Positions 1 through 9,258 of a DNA stretch of 64,000 bases are shown piece by piece. Within the stretch, counting starts at the first letter, position 1. Every line of letters begins with the position of its first letter. The DNA lies in the NCBI GenBank assembly GCA_963816145.1, contig CAWFJP010000031.1:416001-480000 (forward strand), read 5' to 3'. The notes beneath the pieces were generated by a model, which had not been told where the DNA came from, searched no databases, and saw nothing but the letters and a program-made list of their open reading frames with translations. The translations under genes and the position numbers were made by a program. The stretch is from an uncultured delta proteobacterium (GTDB lineage Bacteria > Desulfobacterota > Binatia > UBA9968).

Positions 1-2
1 GC

Positions 3-377
3 GAGGCGGACACCGGCGCCGCCCCTGCGCCGGTTGAAGAGGTCGGGAAACCCGCCGAGCCGCTGGCGATTAAGCAATCCGGCTTGGCGGCTTTCTACCA
101 CGCGACCTTTCAGGGACGCCGCACCGCTAGCGGCGAATCCTTCGATCACAACGAACTCACCGCGGCGCATAAAACTCTGCCGTTCGGCACCCTGGTGAGG
201 GTTATCAATTTGCGTAACAATCAAAGCATAATCGTGCGCGTCAATGATCGCGGGCCGATGCAGCCCGACCGGATCATCGATGTCACGCGCCGTGCCGCCG
301 GCCTTCTCGGTTTCCTCCAACAAGGCATGACTCGAGTCGCTCTAGAAATTATTCCGTTCGATGCGGCGGGTAAATAG
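3..377 (+). CDS. rlpA: Septal ring lytic transglycosylase RlpA family (5' partial)
   Basis: GRRTASGE..LTAAHKTLPFGT..VRVNDRGP..IIDV motifs; frame is open to the window edge. Confidence 0.9.
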   Translation, partial: EADTGAAPAPVEEVGKPAEPLAIKQSGLAAFYHATFQGRRTASGESFDHNELTAAHKTLPFGTLVRVINLRNNQSIIVRVNDRGPMQPDRIIDVTRRAAGLLGFLQQGMTRVALEIIPFDAAGK

Positions 378-415
378 TTTGCGTTTATTCGCCGACGCTC
401 CTGCCGATCGTGCGG

Positions 416-1429
416 CTACCTGAACGCCGGCATTACTTCCTTGGCGAACAATCGCATGGATTTTAAGATTTCTTGATGCGGAATGCCGCCGTAGTTGAAG
501 GTCGTCGTCAGCGTATCGAAGTAATAGTTCTTGGCGGCATTCCGAATGCCCTGGATCACCTCGCCGGGGTCGCCGTAATTATTTCTCCCGGTAGCCAACA
601 TCATGTCCCAATCGTAGTCCGCCGGCGCGGCGGTTAACGAACGCCGACCGATGCGCGAAATCGCGTCGTAGCGTTGCACCGCTGCCATGCCGATCTCTCT
701 GCCGCGTGCCGCGCTCGCGTTGACATGGGTGCGCACGTGAAATTGGCAATGGCGATTACTGGGATCGATGCCGGCTTCGATCAATCCTTGCTTCCACGCC
801 TCGACACCGGGGCGCACGCGCTCCGGCGCATGGGGGTGGCCGACTGTCATGATGTGGTAACCTTGGCGGCCGGCCCAGCCGAGTCCCTGGGCTGAGGTTC
901 CCGCGACCCAGATCGGCGGGTGCGGTTGCTGCACCGGCCGCGGATACAGCGTCAGTTCTTCGAATTGCCAAAATTTGCCCTGATGGCTGGAACGTTCATT
1001 GGACCAAACTTTCAAGATGACGTCGAGCGCCTCCGCGGCGCGCTCGCGATCATTTTCCCTAGTCACGCCGAAGACTCGGTAGTCCATCTCGGTGTTGCCC
1101 GAGCCGATGCCGAATTCCAACCGTCCGCCGGAAATCGCGTCGACCATGGCGTAATCCTCGGCGGTGTGGAGCGGATGGCGCAACGGCAAAATAGCGATGC
1201 AGGGGCCGAGCCGCATTTTCTTGGTGCGCGCCGCCGCGGTGGCGAGTAGCACTGCGGGGTTCGCCACTAGGCCGCCGTAGCCGAGGAAGTGATGTTCATT
1301 GAACATGAAACATTCCCAGCCGAGTTCCTCGGCGAGTTCGATCTGCTCGAGAATCTGCTGGTAGTAAACATCGTAGGGCGGATCAAGGTCCGGGAAGTAG
1401 GTCGTCAGAATGTTGATGTAAAAGTGCAC
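416..1429 (-). CDS. LLM-class flavin-dependent oxidoreductase
   Basis: EHHF, RLG, SGGRLEFGIG, PRPVQQPHPPIW; GTG start after AGGAG. Confidence 0.9.
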   Translation of the reverse strand: MHFYINILTTYFPDLDPPYDVYYQQILEQIELAEELGWECFMFNEHHFLGYGGLVANPAVLLATAAARTKKMRLGPCIAILPLRHPLHTAEDYAMVDAISGGRLEFGIGSGNTEMDYRVFGVTRENDRERAAEALDVILKVWSNERSSHQGKFWQFEELTLYPRPVQQPHPPIWVAGTSAQGLGWAGRQGYHIMTVGHPHAPERVRPGVEAWKQGLIEAGIDPSNRHCQFHVRTHVNASAARGREIGMAAVQRYDAISRIGRRSLTAAPADYDWDMMLATGRNNYGDPGEVIQGIRNAAKNYYFDTLTTTFNYGGIPHQEILKSMRLFAKEVMPAFR

Positions 1430-1498
1430 GGCGTTCTCCTGTTTGTGCTTACGGCTGTAGCACAATCGACTGGAAGGGGTAAAGCGCGATTAAGATTT

Positions 1499-1575
1499 TC
1501 ACCACGAAGGCACGAAGAGCACGAAGTTCGGAAGTATTTGTTCTTACCTTCGTGTCCTTCGTGTCTTCGTGGTGA
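1499..1575. repeat. Palindrome with 9-bp tandem arms (CACGAAGRG family)
   Basis: tcaccacgaaggcacgaagagcacgaag ... cttcgtgtccttcgtgtcttcgtggtga. Confidence 0.85.
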
Positions 1576-1599
1576 CAGCGGATTTTCTTTTCAAGCGCG

Positions 1600-2574
1600 T
1601 CACCGGGTCACAGCCAGATCGCGGCGGGCTCTTTCGACAAAACTATAATCAACCACTTGGGAAAGCGTGAAAGGCTGGGTGACTTTGGAATCTTCGCGCA
1701 CCAGGTCGATCATCAGCTGCATGCCTTCGGCTTTCGCCATCAGGTCGCGGGCCATGCCGCGGTTAAACTGCCGGAGCATTTCGGTGGCGATACGCCGGTC
1801 GGTGAGTTTCCACTGCTTCATGATGATGTTGATGACTTCATCGCGGTTGCGTGGTTCCAAAGCGAAATAGAGCGCGCGCAATGCGCCGCGCACCATACCG
1901 TAGACTTCGTCTGGATTTTCTTGAATTCGCTTCGTCGAAACACCGATGGCGTTCTGGGGAAAATTGACGATGTCGCCGACGAACAATAGCTCGTTGTAAC
2001 CGCGGTCGACGGCGAGAATATTTTCCGGCACGCCGAGCAGCGCCGCGTCGACCGCCGCCGAGTCCAGGGCGGCCAGGCGATTCTCGCGCAGCGGCACGAT
2101 GGTCACGTCGCGGCCGGCTTGAAAGCCCAGATGTTTGAGCGCGGTGTCGGCCATCAAAGTCGCAGTGCCGCCGGGCGTGCTGCCGCCAATCTTTTTGCCT
2201 TTAAGGTCCTGCGCCGTGCGGATCTCTTTGCGCGCGATGAGTGAAATCAAAGGCCGGTCGACGGCGACGGCGAGTATCCTCGCTGAATTGCCGCGCACGA
2301 TGGTCTGGATGACGCCATTGATCGCGGCGCTGTAGTCGATATCGCCGCGCACAAACGCGGCGTTGACCGCCTGGGTCGACATGAAAATGGTTTCCAGGTC
2401 GATGCCCTGGTCGCGGTAGTAACCTTTATGGTAGGCGAGATGAAACGGCAGAAAGCCGATGTTGTTGGACTGGATGCCGAGGCGGACTCTTTTCGCCGCC
2501 GGTTGGGCTGCCGAATCGCGCGGCGCGGCGAGACAGACAAAAATTAACAAGAGGTGAAAAACGACGCGGCTCAT
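1600..2574 (-). CDS. ABC substrate-binding protein, NMT1/SsuA family
   Basis: Signal peptide, KGYY.DQGIDLE, DLKGKKIG. Confidence 0.85.
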   Translation of the reverse strand: MSRVVFHLLLIFVCLAAPRDSAAQPAAKRVRLGIQSNNIGFLPFHLAYHKGYYRDQGIDLETIFMSTQAVNAAFVRGDIDYSAAINGVIQTIVRGNSARILAVAVDRPLISLIARKEIRTAQDLKGKKIGGSTPGGTATLMADTALKHLGFQAGRDVTIVPLRENRLAALDSAAVDAALLGVPENILAVDRGYNELLFVGDIVNFPQNAIGVSTKRIQENPDEVYGMVRGALRALYFALEPRNRDEVINIIMKQWKLTDRRIATEMLRQFNRGMARDLMAKAEGMQLMIDLVREDSKVTQPFTLSQVVDYSFVERARRDLAVTR

Positions 2575-2602
2575 CGTTTCCCCTTTCGTTGTGCAGTCGT
2601 TG

Positions 2603-3703
2603 TCACAGCGCGTAAAGCGCGCGGGAGTTGTCGCTCAAAATTTTCTGCTTGACCGCCGGCGATAAATCGTTCCGCTCGCGAAAGATCCTGATCGCGTCGA
2701 CATCGCTCGAGATGTCGGTGTGGCCGTAGTCGGTGCCGATGACCAGATTGTCCTCGCCGGCTTCGCGCACCACATACGGGATGTCGTCGGAATTTTCGCA
2801 GGTGACGAACATGCCGTACTCTTTGAGCAAGTTTCTCGGCCATGGGCGGCCAAGGGTTTTGAAGCGGTTCTTCGCTTCGTGCATGACCCAGGGCACCCAC
2901 TGGGCGCTGGCTTCGATGAAGCCGAAGCGCAGTTTGGGAAACTGCTCGTGTATGTCGCTCAGCAAGATATCGTTGAAGGATGCCACTGTCGGTACGCGGA
3001 AACGGTGAAACGTCGAAGCGATGCGCGTCGGATGGTTGTACAGGTCGCTCAACCAGGCATTGCCATTGGCGATATGAATCGCGATCGCCAGGTCGAGCTG
3101 CTGCGCTTGGTCGTAGATCGGATAAAAGTACGGATCGGCGAGCAAACGATTGCCTTCCACCGGCCGTAGACAGACGGCCACTGCGCCGTTCTCTTTGGAC
3201 CAGCGGATTTGATCCAGCGCATCGGGCATGTTGAGCAACGGAGGCATGCAGGACCAGCGCAGGCGGTTGTCGCTCTGTTTCCAAATGTCGCCGAGCCAGC
3301 GATTCCAGCTCTTGCACAGCGCGACGTCGACCGCGGGCCGCTCGGCGCAGGATTCGATAAACATCGTGTTGTGCAGCACTTGGACATCGACGCCGGTTTT
3401 GTCCATGTATTCCAAGCGCAGATTGACGTTGCCCAACTCGCGGGATTCCTGTTGGTCGGCGAACTTGCGGCCGACTTGTTGCTGGCGTTTGGCCAATTCC
3501 TCATCGGAGAAAGCCGGGAAGCGGAAACCGCGCACCTTGCCGTCGATCACCCAGAACTGTTGGCGCACACCGGCTTCTTCGCGGGTCTCAAGCGGCACCG
3601 GCCGATGTTGTCGCTCCGACTTTTCCATGAAATCCCAAGTGCGCGCGCACTCGACGACGTGAGCGTCGGCATCGATCACCGGATACTTATTCGGGCTATC
3701 CAT
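2603..3703 (-). CDS. Amidohydrolase_2 family protein
   Basis: IDADAHVVE, GTDYGH, KILSDN. Confidence 0.88.
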   Translation of the reverse strand: MDSPNKYPVIDADAHVVECARTWDFMEKSERQHRPVPLETREEAGVRQQFWVIDGKVRGFRFPAFSDEELAKRQQQVGRKFADQQESRELGNVNLRLEYMDKTGVDVQVLHNTMFIESCAERPAVDVALCKSWNRWLGDIWKQSDNRLRWSCMPPLLNMPDALDQIRWSKENGAVAVCLRPVEGNRLLADPYFYPIYDQAQQLDLAIAIHIANGNAWLSDLYNHPTRIASTFHRFRVPTVASFNDILLSDIHEQFPKLRFGFIEASAQWVPWVMHEAKNRFKTLGRPWPRNLLKEYGMFVTCENSDDIPYVVREAGEDNLVIGTDYGHTDISSDVDAIRIFRERNDLSPAVKQKILSDNSRALYAL

Positions 3704-3858
3704 GTTGGCCTCCGAGAGGAACTCGATGGCCTCACCCTAATGGACGGAACGAGTAGCTGTCAATCGCCGTGACTGTTGGGTGAGGCCGCGCTCTTGCGCT
3801 CGCTGCCAGCGGGCTATTGATTTGCTTCTGCCTATGAAATTAATGGCACAAATTCGCA

Positions 3859-3931
3859 TTCACCACGAAGGCACGAGGGACAACAAGATTTTGAAGATCA
3901 ACTTCGTGATCTTCGTGTCCTTCGTGGTGAA
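3859..3931. repeat. Palindrome with 9-bp tandem arms
   Basis: ttcaccacgaaggcacgagg ... cttcgtgtccttcgtggtgaa. Confidence 0.8.
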
Positions 3932-3965
3932 AGGTTCCTTCGCGATTACTAGCGGCCGTAAAAAT

Positions 3966-4781
3966 TCAAAAGTACATTCCGGCGTCGCCGCCTTGTCGAG
4001 ACACCGGGGAAAGAAAACCGAACAATGACCTCATCGCCCAGTTGGCCAGCGAGGCGAAAATGAATATGAACAACAGCAGCGCGTACATGTCCGCGATGCG
4101 GAACTGGCCATAGTACTCGACGATCATGAAGCCCAAGCCGGCTTTGGCGATCTTGGTTTCCGCCAGCAGCGCGCCGGTGACCGCAGCGCCGAGACCGATT
4201 CTAATACCGGTGAAGACTTGGCCGGCGATGGCCGGGAGGTAGACATTTTTGGCGATCTGCACCGGGCTGGCGCCGATGGTGCGCGCCACGTCTACGTAGA
4301 CTTTTTTCACCTCGCGCATGCCGGCGATGGTCAGCAGCGAAATCGGAAAGAACGCGGCAATGGCGCCGACCGCGAGTTTGGATTGAACGTCGATGCCGAG
4401 AAACAAAATAAACACCGGGAAGATCACGATCTTGGGCACCACGGCGGCGTAGAGAATCAGTGGCTCGACGATCTCCAACCAGCTGCGCTTGCTGCCCCAT
4501 AGGATGCCCAGCGGAATGCCGCTGAGGGCGGCGACGGCGATCGCTCCGCCCACTTCATAGAGGCTGGCCTTTAGATGTGGCAGCATGACCGGTGTGGTGA
4601 TGTAGATCCAGAGCGATTGGAGGATTTCCACGATCGACGGAAAGAGTTCGGGGAACAATAAGCCGCTGCGACCGATGAACTCCCAGATGCCGACCAGCCC
4701 GAGAAGCGTGAGCGCCTGAACGCCAAAGGCCGTGTGAATTGTCGCCGCGAGGGCCGAGCGGATGGGTTGTGCGTGGGCCAT
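3966..4781 (-). CDS. ABC transporter permease (SsuC/TauC-like)
   Basis: Hydrophobic, EAA-like loop DVARTIGAS; start chosen at MAHAQP. Confidence 0.85.
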   Translation of the reverse strand: MAHAQPIRSALAATIHTAFGVQALTLLGLVGIWEFIGRSGLLFPELFPSIVEILQSLWIYITTPVMLPHLKASLYEVGGAIAVAALSGIPLGILWGSKRSWLEIVEPLILYAAVVPKIVIFPVFILFLGIDVQSKLAVGAIAAFFPISLLTIAGMREVKKVYVDVARTIGASPVQIAKNVYLPAIAGQVFTGIRIGLGAAVTGALLAETKIAKAGLGFMIVEYYGQFRIADMYALLLFIFIFASLANWAMRSLFGFLSPVSRQGGDAGMYF

Positions 4782-4783
4782 GG

Positions 4784-5530
4784 TTACTTCCGGAACCAAC
4801 GTTCGCTGCGGTTGATCAAATACAGAAACAAAATCGATAGCGAGATGGTGCCGAACAGGCCGGCGTAGACTTCTTCGATTTCGAACTTGTACGACGCGTC
4901 GGACAGCCACATGCCGACGCCACCGACTTGGGCGACATATTCCAAGCCGAGAACCGATTTTAAAATGTACGTGAGCGCCAAACGAAAGCCGCTGAAGATC
5001 GTCGGCGCGACGGCAGGGATTAAGATGTGGCGGAAGAGCTGCTGGCGCGTGAGATTCATGCTGGCGCCGACTTGCAAAAGGATCGGGTTGACGTTCTGAA
5101 AGGCGCCTTTAGTGTTCATGATGATCGGGATTAAGCCAAAAATCGACGACAGCGCGATCACCGCCGCGCTGGTACGGCCAAAGGTGACGAGAAAGATCGG
5201 GTAAGCAAGTATGATCGGCGAGGAGAAGAGCGCGGCGAGCGGCATCTCGTAGCTGGTCCCGATGAGCTTGTAGCGCCAGAGCAAGAAGCCGGCAAGGACG
5301 CCGAAGATAGTGGAGATCACCAGACAGGCGGCGATCTCGACAAGCGTGATGCCGGTTAGCGAGAGCGCATTGCCATGCAACAGTTGTTGCCAGAGCACGA
5401 TCACCGCGCGCGTCGGCGCAGCGAGAAAGAACGTGCTAATCCAGCCGCCGCGCACCGCGGTTTCGACGATCAAGAGCGCGCCGAAGATGATGCCTAGCCG
5501 CCAGGCGGTGACTCGAGTGCTTTCAGACAT
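4784..5530 (-). CDS. ABC transporter permease (SsuC/TauC-like)
   Basis: Hydrophobic, PTIFSGFRLA. Confidence 0.85.
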   Translation of the reverse strand: MSESTRVTAWRLGIIFGALLIVETAVRGGWISTFFLAAPTRAVIVLWQQLLHGNALSLTGITLVEIAACLVISTIFGVLAGFLLWRYKLIGTSYEMPLAALFSSPIILAYPIFLVTFGRTSAAVIALSSIFGLIPIIMNTKGAFQNVNPILLQVGASMNLTRQQLFRHILIPAVAPTIFSGFRLALTYILKSVLGLEYVAQVGGVGMWLSDASYKFEIEEVYAGLFGTISLSILFLYLINRSERWFRK

Positions 5531-5546
5531 GAGCGGAACTCATAAA

Positions 5547-5630
5547 CTCACGACGAAGATCACGAAGGACACGAAGCTCTCGGAGGATTAAATCTCCGAA
5601 CTTCGTGCTCTTCGTGTCCTTCGTGGTGAG
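5547..5630. repeat. Palindrome with 9-bp tandem arms
   Basis: ctcacgacgaagatcacgaaggacacgaag ... cttcgtgtccttcgtggtgag. Confidence 0.85.
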
Positions 5631-5663
5631 CATGGGTATTACGTCCTTGGCTGCTTGTCGACA

Positions 5664-6668
5664 CTACGGCAAAAAGCTCAGGTCGACTAACGTGTTTAGC
5701 TCGGCTTGAGTAAGCGGCGCGTTGAGGAATTTATTCTTGATGCCGTCATCGATAATCGCTTGCAGGCCGCGGATCGGTTTCAAATTCATCGCCGCGCGAT
5801 TGTAGAAGTCCCAGGTGCCGAGCACGGCGGATTCCGGGAATTTTAATTCGGCGCGGCGAATCCAGATTTTCGCTGTATCCTCTTTGTTGGCGAACATATA
5901 GTCGAGGGCGCGCTGCTGGGCGCGGAAAAAGCCGCGCACGGCGTCGGGATTTTTGGCGGCGAAGTTGTTGTTGGTGAAATGGACTCGAGCCGTCTGGTCG
6001 CGCATCGACACGATCTCGTCGCCCTTGACGATGACGCGTAGCTCGCCTTTCTCGACGCGGTCCAACTGAAACGGCGCCACCGACCAGCCGGCGTCGGTTT
6101 GGCCGGTGCGCAGCGCGGTGTAAACTTCCGGGATGCCGCCCAACGAGACCGGTTCGGCGGGTTTCAATCCCTTCGCCTTGATCTGATCCGCGATTCCTAA
6201 TACTGCCATGTGGCTCGACGCGCCGGGACGGCTGTAAGCGACTTTTTTACCCGCGAGATCTTCGAGCTTACGCATCGGCGTGCTCGCCTGTACATACCAA
6301 AATGCGTCCATGCCGGTAATCTCAGCGCCAGCGATTTTGATCGGCGCCTTTTTGACGAATGCGCTGATAACGGCGAGCGTGCCGGTGCCGAGGCCGATCT
6401 GAGCGTCGCCGGAGACGACCGCTTGGACATTTTCACCGCCGCCGCGGGTGAATACGGCGTCGACGTCGATGTTGGCATCTCGGTAAAAGCCTTTTTCCTG
6501 GGCGATGTAGACCGGCAGGGCGACAGTGAACAGAATCCGATGGGGCACGACGACGATGATTTTCGTGCGCGCGGCCGCCGCCCAGGCGGAGGACGTGGCG
6601 GCGACGACGAAGAAAGCCACCCCCGCCGAGCCGAGGCACTTGCTGAACTGTGATAAATATTTGTTCAT
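5664..6668 (-). CDS. ABC substrate-binding protein, NMT1/SsuA family
   Basis: Signal peptide, YIAQEKGFY, DLAGKKV. Confidence 0.87.
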   Translation of the reverse strand: MNKYLSQFSKCLGSAGVAFFVVAATSSAWAAAARTKIIVVVPHRILFTVALPVYIAQEKGFYRDANIDVDAVFTRGGGENVQAVVSGDAQIGLGTGTLAVISAFVKKAPIKIAGAEITGMDAFWYVQASTPMRKLEDLAGKKVAYSRPGASSHMAVLGIADQIKAKGLKPAEPVSLGGIPEVYTALRTGQTDAGWSVAPFQLDRVEKGELRVIVKGDEIVSMRDQTARVHFTNNNFAAKNPDAVRGFFRAQQRALDYMFANKEDTAKIWIRRAELKFPESAVLGTWDFYNRAAMNLKPIRGLQAIIDDGIKNKFLNAPLTQAELNTLVDLSFLP

Positions 6669-6680
6669 GGCTGATTCTCC

Positions 6681-7475
6681 TTAAATGTTTTGTTGTTTAA
6701 AACTCTTGATCGATTCTTCTCTTAGCGCGTTCCAGACCTGCGCGACCAATTTACCGAAGCGGTCCGAAGCGATGATCGATGAGTCGCGCGGCTGCGGCAG
6801 GTCGATAGCGACGATTTCTTTGACGCGCCCCGGACGCGCGGTCATGACCATGACGCGGTCGGATAGCTGCACTGACTCGTTGATGTTGTGGGTGACCAAA
6901 ATGATGGTTTGCTTCAACTGATCGCGAATGCGCATCAACTCTTCGCCGAGAATGATGCGCGTCTGCTCGTCGAGGGCGCCGAACGGCTCGTCCATCAGCA
7001 AAATCTTGGGTTCCAAAACCAGAGCGCGGGCGATGGCGACGCGCTGCTTCATGCCACCGGAAAGTTCCGACGGATAACGATTCTCGAATCCCGACAAGCC
7101 GACCAGGCCGATCATTTTCTTGGCCTTCTTGCGCCGTTCATCCTGTGCCACGCCGCGCATCTCCAGACCGAACTCGACGTTGCCCAAGGTCGTGCGCCAG
7201 GGAAATGTCGACTCTTCCTGGAACACCATGCCGACCCAGGGATGGGGCCCGGTGACTCTTTCGGTTCCGACAATCAATTCTCCCGAGGTGGCCGGAATCA
7301 AACCGCCGATGATTCTCAGCAGTGTCGATTTGCCGCACCCCGAAGGCCCGATGATCGAAAAGAACTCGCCGGCTTGAACGTCAAGAGAAACATTGTCCAC
7401 CGCCGGCACCAACGCCGCGCCGTTGTCAGGATCGCCGAAGACTTTGTTGACATTGCGCAGCGTTAAGATGGACAT
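6681..7475 (-). CDS. ABC transporter ATP-binding protein (SsuB/TauB-like)
   Basis: GPSGCGKST, LSGGMKQR, MDEPF. Confidence 0.93.
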   Translation of the reverse strand: MSILTLRNVNKVFGDPDNGAALVPAVDNVSLDVQAGEFFSIIGPSGCGKSTLLRIIGGLIPATSGELIVGTERVTGPHPWVGMVFQEESTFPWRTTLGNVEFGLEMRGVAQDERRKKAKKMIGLVGLSGFENRYPSELSGGMKQRVAIARALVLEPKILLMDEPFGALDEQTRIILGEELMRIRDQLKQTIILVTHNINESVQLSDRVMVMTARPGRVKEIVAIDLPQPRDSSIIASDRFGKLVAQVWNALREESIKSFKQQNI

Positions 7476-7792
7476 CTAACCGTTTCAAACCAGCCCGTAA
7501 AAGGTGGCTTAAAATAGGGGGAAATAACGGGTCCGTCAAGGCGAATTAAGCGGGAAAAAGCACCAGCTAATTCGGAGATTTTTGTCCATGAATTCTGGCG
7601 TGGCAGCGTTTTGCGGTCATACAAACTTCGTTCGGAAAGTAACTTTCAATTTTGTGTACCTGCTGATCGAGCAAGCAATTTGTCAGGCTATCTCTCGTCC
7701 GCCTAACCCCGGCTTGAATACGAATACGATATTATAGAGTCTGTCATCTGCTAGAATTCTGCTGGAGGCGGATCGACAGGGGAACACGCAAA

Positions 7793-8068
7793 ATGGACGA
7801 GACCAACTACAACATCACCCAGCCGGAAAAGGGCGTGCCCATCAAAGCCTGGACCAGGGGCGTTGCCGTTGAGGCGGTCGCCGAGAAGCAGTTGCGCAAC
7901 GTTGCTTCGATGCCGTTCATTTATAAGTGGGTGGCGGCGACGCCGGATGTGCATTGGGGGATCGGCGCAACGGTGGGGAGCATGATTCCAACCATGGGGG
8001 CGATCATTCCCGCCGCGGTCGGTGTCGCCATCGGTTGCGGCATGATGGCGGTGCAAACGGATTTGAAC
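7793..8068 (+). pseudogene. rtcB: RtcB RNA ligase N-terminal fragment (~92 aa)
   Basis: PDVHWGIGATVGS..IIPAAVGVAIGCGM (canonical VGVDIGCG); similarity ends just before a repeat. Confidence 0.85.
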
Positions 8069-8079
8069 ACCATCCGGAT

Positions 8080-8173
8080 AAGGTTGAAGGATGAAGGCGG
8101 AAGGATGAAATAGGATTGGGTATCCGCGAAGTTTTGGTTTTACTTCATCGCTCATCCATCCTACTTCATCCTT
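8080..8173. repeat. Gene-less inverted heptamer-arm element (GGATGAA family)
   Basis: aaggttgaaggatgaaggcggaaggatgaa ... ttcatcgctcatccatcctacttcatcctt. Confidence 0.8.
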
Positions 8174-8179
8174 GATTTT

Positions 8180-9196
8180 ATGTTGACCATCGACGGTTCT
8201 TACCATGAAGGCGGCGGGCAGATTTTGCGCACGGCGCTGACGCTCAGTCTGGCGACGCGAACGCCGTTCCGTATCGAAAAGATTCGCGCGGGGCGCAAGC
8301 GGCCAGGGTTGTTGCGCCAACATTTGACCGCGGTGCTCGCCGCGGCGCGAATCTCCAACGCGGCAGTGCGCGGTGCGGAGATCAATTCCACGGAACTTAC
8401 CTTTGTGCCGCAGGAAGTGGTGCCGGGCGATTACCGGTTTTCCGTCGGCAGCGCGGGCAGCACGATGTTGGTGTTGCAGACCGTTTTGCCGGTGCTGATG
8501 CTTGCCAAGAAGCCGACTACGCTTACGCTCGAAGGCGGAACTCATAACCCGGCCGCGCCGCCTTATGATTATGTCGAGCGGGTTTACCTGCCGCTGATCC
8601 AGCGCATGGGCGCGCGCGTGCGTTCGGAACTGATCAGGGCGGGATTTCTCCCGGCCGGTGGCGGTGTCGTTAAGATAAGCATCGATACCCCATTCGAAAT
8701 GCGCGCCCTCGATCTGCGCCAGCGCGGTCGGTTTGTCCGGCGTTCGGCGCGCGGGATCGTCTCCAACCTTCCCCTTAGTATCGCCGAGCGGGAGCTTGCC
8801 ATGGTTGAGAAAAATCTTGGCTGGGGACAGAACGACTTGATTGCTGAGTCAGTAGCATCGCGCGGTCCCGGTAACATTCTTTTCCTCGAAGTCGAGAGTG
8901 AACAGCTCACCGAAATCTTTACCGGTTTCGGCCAACGCAAGGTTCGCGCAGAAACGGTGGCAGACCGAGCCATAAGTGAGGCCAAACGCTATCTCGCCGC
9001 CGATGTCGCGGTTGGTGAACATCTGGCCGATCAACTGCTCTTGCCGATGGCGCTGATGAAGGGCGGGGTGTTTACTACGTTGCCGCTCTCGACGCACTCA
9101 CTGACGAACATCGATACAATCGGCAAGTTTCTGCCGGTGAAGATTCACGTGCGCCATGATGACAGCCAGCGGTGTGCGGTGGAGGTGGACAAATAG
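8180..9196 (+). CDS. rtcA: RNA 3'-terminal phosphate cyclase
   Basis: IDGSYHEGGGQILR, GLLRQHL, GGTHNP, GEHLADQLL. Confidence 0.95.
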   Translation: MLTIDGSYHEGGGQILRTALTLSLATRTPFRIEKIRAGRKRPGLLRQHLTAVLAAARISNAAVRGAEINSTELTFVPQEVVPGDYRFSVGSAGSTMLVLQTVLPVLMLAKKPTTLTLEGGTHNPAAPPYDYVERVYLPLIQRMGARVRSELIRAGFLPAGGGVVKISIDTPFEMRALDLRQRGRFVRRSARGIVSNLPLSIAERELAMVEKNLGWGQNDLIAESVASRGPGNILFLEVESEQLTEIFTGFGQRKVRAETVADRAISEAKRYLAADVAVGEHLADQLLLPMALMKGGVFTTLPLSTHSLTNIDTIGKFLPVKIHVRHDDSQRCAVEVDK

Positions 9197-9258
9197 AGAC
9201 ACAGAGTTGAGACAGAGACCCGGGGAGAGGTGGTCTTTAACTCAAGTCTCTATCTTCT

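Noticed and set aside
1499-5630. CRISPR array from the recurring CACGAAG repeats
   Set aside because: Copies are isolated intergenic palindromes kilobases apart, with no repeat-spacer periodicity and no cas genes.
7596-7616. Sigma-54 promoter upstream of rtcB
   Set aside because: TGGCAG..TTGC has 9 rather than 10 nt between GG and GC; no rtcR adjacent.
7700-7725. attC-like start GCCTAACCCCGGC
   Set aside because: No matching right half or complete cassette ORF visible.
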